The notes under the pieces are model-generated. The model worked only from the letters and a program-made list of their open reading frames with translations, did not search any database and was not told the DNA's origin. From NCBI GenBank assembly GCA_002633005.1, contig NMRA01000232.1, positions 62,001 to 126,000 on the forward strand: a stretch of DNA of 64,000 nt, given 5' to 3'. The translations under genes were made by a program, and so were the position numbers. Positions 61,901 to 64,000 of this stretch are shown here, in pieces. The DNA is from Phoronis australis. Taxonomy: Eukaryota; Animalia; Phoronida. Every line of letters begins with the position of its first letter. The stretch's first letter is position 1.

Positions 61901-63952
61901 TAGTTCCTTACCTTATGTTTCCGTCGTTTTCAGCGTATTCAAGATGATGACACAAAGCTTCAAACAATTCTTCAGCTGTTTTACAGCCTCGCTTATCGAG
62001 AATCTGTAAATTTCCATATTGATATCATCGAAGATAAGGGAAAGAACGATAACGGAGACGATGGCGATTATGACGGAAGCTGATGGTGAAGATGATGATA
62101 ACGATAATGTTGATGACGGCGACGATGCCGAGGCTTCACTTCTCATAGCTCTTTAAAGCCATTTGAACGATTGATAGGAAATTCGCTATTTCATAGAAAG
62201 ATTTGAGTGCCACTATATGCACATAAAACACAAAAAGAATTGTATGTTTTTCTAAAGATAAAAATAGAAGTGAAAACTCTAGCTACTAAGCCAACAAAAT
62301 CATCGTCTGCACTTCTGATCTTTTCCAGAATCATTCTCAATTTAAACCAGGACCTCGTTATACAAAGAAAAATAGCCCCTCCGCGTCACGTTTAGTGAAG
62401 GTCTTCTTGAAAGCTGCAGAAACTTATCTAAAGGTAATTTTAAAGAAAATTGCGTGGGCACTTAGAGACAATTCCCCTTTTAATGACGTTAAAGGAGAAT
62501 GCCACATAAAAAACAACGTGTTTTGTATCAATTTAGATCGAGTAGTTCCATTCGATAACAGCAAGTTCAGTTTTTTTACCTGACACCAGGCGGCAGACGG
62601 AGGTGTTGCAATTCACCAATTTCGTCACAGGTAAAGACAACAGTTCACAAGACGCTAACTGGTGTCAGCTTATCGCTTGAATTCATAATTTCACACCAAT
62701 AAATCATCAAAATCGTATGTAAAACTCTTTCAAATATATTGAGTTTTTAAGCAAATGAGTTGTTTTATTTCGCTGTTAAGGATTTATAGAAAATTTGAAC
62801 GTAGTGTAGCCTACAAAGTTCGGTAGGCTAACTTACCGAGGTCGGTCGCGGGAAGTTTGGAGTCTGTTTGGTGGTAAATTAGGGTTATTCTTCCGCGAAA
62901 TACGGACAGGAGAGCTCAGCCGTGTGTTGTAATTTTAGACTTGCGATTTTTTCAGTTCTCATGCAATGCGCTCGTTATAACCCTGTAGCTTGGAATCCTA
63001 ACAGGCCCATCGCGGCCGTACTGGAGACATTACGAAAATAAACTAAATAAAGACTCCCCTAACACCTGTCCACACAACAGCTTTCTGTCAGCAAACACTG
63101 AATAAGCATGCGCTCACAAGGGCGATTGCCCGGTCCGAATTAGTTTTATTGCATCTGTAGCCAGCAACGCAGTATGATTTACTGATTGTTGATTTCTCAA
63201 AACATTTGCATTCACGAACACTCCTAGGGCATTACAAATTACTTTGACACTTTGCTTCAGATTTATATAAACATTGCTTAGGGAGAGAATAATTTATTTT
63301 GAAACAGAACAATGCAGGCCACAGACACGGAGATATTTCACGCCCTCGTACTTGGTATAAACGATGTACTTTCGTTCTTTACTGCCGGGAACCACTTCCA
63401 AAGAATTTCGGATTCTCAAGGAAATCGGAAAACCATAACGGTATCCGCTTTAATCACAACTTCATGGTTAGCACAAGCGGGAACGATACTCCACACCATA
63501 GCAGCACATACTCAACTGAAGAACCACTGACGTCGATGCGTCATGTACTCACCTTCGTCACAGGTTAACGCGACACCTTTAGGCGAGGTAAGATCGATTG
63601 TATACGAGGTGATGTGGATATAGACTGATTAAGACGGTAACAAAAACTAATTAAATTGGGTGGCATTCTCCTTTAATTGACTAAAAACAGCTTCCAAACC
63701 GCAAGTGGTACCGCTTTGGATTACTGCCAGTCCCCCGATCACAAACCAGTAAATAACAGCCAATATGCAACAGAACAACAGAAAAATACCTCTAAGTTGG
63801 CCCACTGGATCCTCCCAATGCATCGGCTGGAATTACGCCATGCAGTCCTGGCGCCAAATACCAGTTCATCCGTCAGCAACTCGTATGTGGCGTGTTCTTC
63901 AATGGAGCTCTTCACCTCATGCCATCGTCTCATGTGTTGTTCTGAGTTAACT
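31893..63952 (-). CDS. NOS: Nitric oxide synthase (oxygenase + CaM-binding + FMN/FAD/NADPH reductase), 21 exons, 5' part beyond window end
   Basis: Heme motif [103 protein letters not shown]. Exon sizes 163/92/140/102/145/211/88 match conserved NOS architecture as I recall it; all phases consistent. Confidence 0.97.
34421..34479 (-). CDS. NOS: NOS penultimate exon
   Basis: [19 protein letters not shown]; ttttag acceptor, GT|GTAAGT donor (phase 2). Confidence 0.9.
35342..35533 (-). CDS. NOS: NOS exon (NADPH adenine motif)
   Basis: KYVQQIL...[15 protein letters not shown]. Confidence 0.93.
37285..37439 (-). CDS. NOS: NOS exon
   Basis: [18 protein letters not shown]...[11 protein letters not shown]. 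Confidence 0.92.
38751..38866 (-). CDS. NOS: NOS exon (NADPH ribose motif)
   Basis: SPDFNMP...[19 protein letters not shown]. Confidence 0.92.
39243..39330 (-). CDS. NOS: NOS exon
   Basis: [11 protein letters not shown]...IPIFVK, 88 nt. Confidence 0.9.
39635..39735. repeat. (AATAC)n microsatellite
   Basis: Direct inspection. Confidence 0.9.
39780..40560. mobile_element. Penelope-like retroelement relic (GIY-YIG fragment) in two inverted copies
   Basis: Minus strand [18 protein letters not shown]...SHINIHLQ...FAITDQAE...REA..INW.KPSLN; plus-strand copy 40290-40560 SHIKTHVQ...[14 protein letters not shown]. Confidence 0.8.
41074..41284 (-). CDS. NOS: NOS exon (FAD isoalloxazine motif)
   Basis: EFPSL...[20 protein letters not shown], 211 nt. 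Confidence 0.94.
42008..42156 (-). CDS. NOS: NOS exon
   Basis: [23 protein letters not shown]. Confidence 0.93.
42350..43353. mobile_element. hAT-like non-autonomous element (CAGTGGCGGAT termini), containing a tRNA-like segment at 42625-42688
   Basis: CAGTGGCGGATCTAG ... CTAAATCCGCCAATG; related copy at 50258-50902. Confidence 0.65.
43361..44766. mobile_element. Harbinger-like non-autonomous element hosting a nested Kolobok-like element
   Basis: TIR AGGGCCTTTCATACTAAC / GTCAATATGAAAGGGCCT. Confidence 0.55.
43843..44703 (+). mobile_element. Kolobok-like non-autonomous DNA transposon with transposase remnant
   Basis: TTAA on both flanks, AGG...CCT termini, about 150-bp imperfect inverted arms; internal [10 protein letters not shown]...VTIQC...GHSGKW motif. 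Confidence 0.7.
44927..45135 (-). CDS. NOS: NOS exon
   Basis: [19 protein letters not shown]. Confidence 0.9.
45370..45457 (-). CDS. NOS: NOS exon
   Basis: GLETVHH...[14 protein letters not shown]; phases fit. Confidence 0.8.
46760..46895 (-). CDS. NOS: NOS exon (FMN-FAD hinge)
   Basis: TSCKVFNI...TWTLGKYHL; phases fit neighbours. Confidence 0.82.
47627..48093 (-). mobile_element. tRNA-derived SINE-like insertion, duplicated with an internal inversion
   Basis: Reverse strand AGTAGCTCAGTGGTAAGAGCACTAGACCGGCAATCTAG...GGTTCGATTCCC; second copy from 47906. Confidence 0.7.
50258..50902. mobile_element. hAT-like MITE (same family as 42350-43353) nested in the ISL2EU-like element
   Basis: CATAGACGGATTTAGGGG ... 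CCTCTAAATCCACCACTG. Confidence 0.6.
50825..50850. other. Assembly gap (26 N) within a poly-G run
   Basis: N bases in sequence. Confidence 0.99.
52400..52492. repeat. CT-rich polypyrimidine low-complexity tract
   Basis: Direct inspection. Confidence 0.8.
52523..52718 (-). CDS. NOS: NOS exon
   Basis: [19 protein letters not shown]...GDEL...FKKW. Confidence 0.93.
53237..53379 (-). CDS. NOS: NOS exon
   Basis: CMDDYD...[15 protein letters not shown]. Confidence 0.93.
53760..53904 (-). CDS. NOS: NOS exon (FMN domain start)
   Basis: [16 protein letters not shown], 145 nt. Confidence 0.94.
54344..54642 (-). CDS. NOS: NOS exon (BH4-binding end of oxygenase domain + start of CaM-binding helix)
   Basis: [11 protein letters not shown]...[12 protein letters not shown]...HQEMLNY...[10 protein letters not shown]. 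Confidence 0.94.
54985..55086 (-). CDS. NOS: NOS exon
   Basis: [28 protein letters not shown], 102 nt. Confidence 0.94.
55353..56293. mobile_element. Non-autonomous DNA transposon with perfect 20-bp TIRs and 6-bp TSD
   Basis: TGATACGCCGTAAAATGTAA ... TTACATTTTACGGCGTATCA; CTGCGC duplicated on both flanks. Confidence 0.85.
56183..56254 (-). pseudogene. Degenerate tRNA-Ser(CGA)-like sequence inside the transposon
   Basis: GAGTGGTTAAGGTGCTGGACTCGAA...GGTTCAAATCCTGC; 5' acceptor strand missing and anticodon stem broken. Confidence 0.5.
57603..57774 (-). CDS. NOS: NOS exon (substrate-binding Glu)
   Basis: [40 protein letters not shown]. Confidence 0.95.
58523..58662 (-). CDS. NOS: NOS exon
   Basis: [23 protein letters not shown], 140 nt. 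Confidence 0.95.
59619..59763 (-). CDS. NOS: NOS exon
   Basis: STITVF...[25 protein letters not shown]. Confidence 0.95.
61912..62003 (-). CDS. NOS: NOS exon
   Basis: [31 protein letters not shown], 92 nt. Confidence 0.93.
63790..63952 (-). CDS. NOS: NOS exon (heme-thiolate Cys)
   Basis: [32 protein letters not shown], 163 nt. Confidence 0.96.
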
Positions 63953-64000
63953 CTGGAAATAAATGATGATGATAATTGATTGAAAGGCCAGAGAGGACGT

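Overview
Eukaryotic genomic DNA from an invertebrate metazoan (AT-rich, spliceosomal introns, many transposon relics); not prokaryotic, so most short ORFs in the track are noise. I built the exon models by hand from splice sites and reading-phase continuity. Three genes lie on the minus strand. (1) TMTC3, a protein O-mannosyltransferase with TPR repeats: 16 coding exons from 21925 to 3954, 3' end outside the window. (2) An intronless ADAM10/17-family metalloprotease at 25708-28143, with a CUE-like motif in its cytoplasmic tail. (3) A nitric oxide synthase: 21 exons from 63952 to 31893, 5' end outside the window. The NOS is atypical: it lacks the FMN autoinhibitory insert, has a Val-to-Ile change at the NO-exit gate, and ends in a basic stretch plus a CaaX box ([12 protein letters not shown]), suggesting prenylation. 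A plus-strand coiled-coil exon is nested antisense in a TMTC3 intron. Introns hold a Helentron/HINE-like element with about 16 co-oriented CTCF-like motifs, ISL2EU-like, Kolobok-like, Harbinger-like, hAT-like and Tc1/mariner-like non-autonomous elements, Penelope and CR1/L2 fragments, a probable solo LTR and tRNA-derived repeats. Family assignments come from recalled motifs, not database searches.
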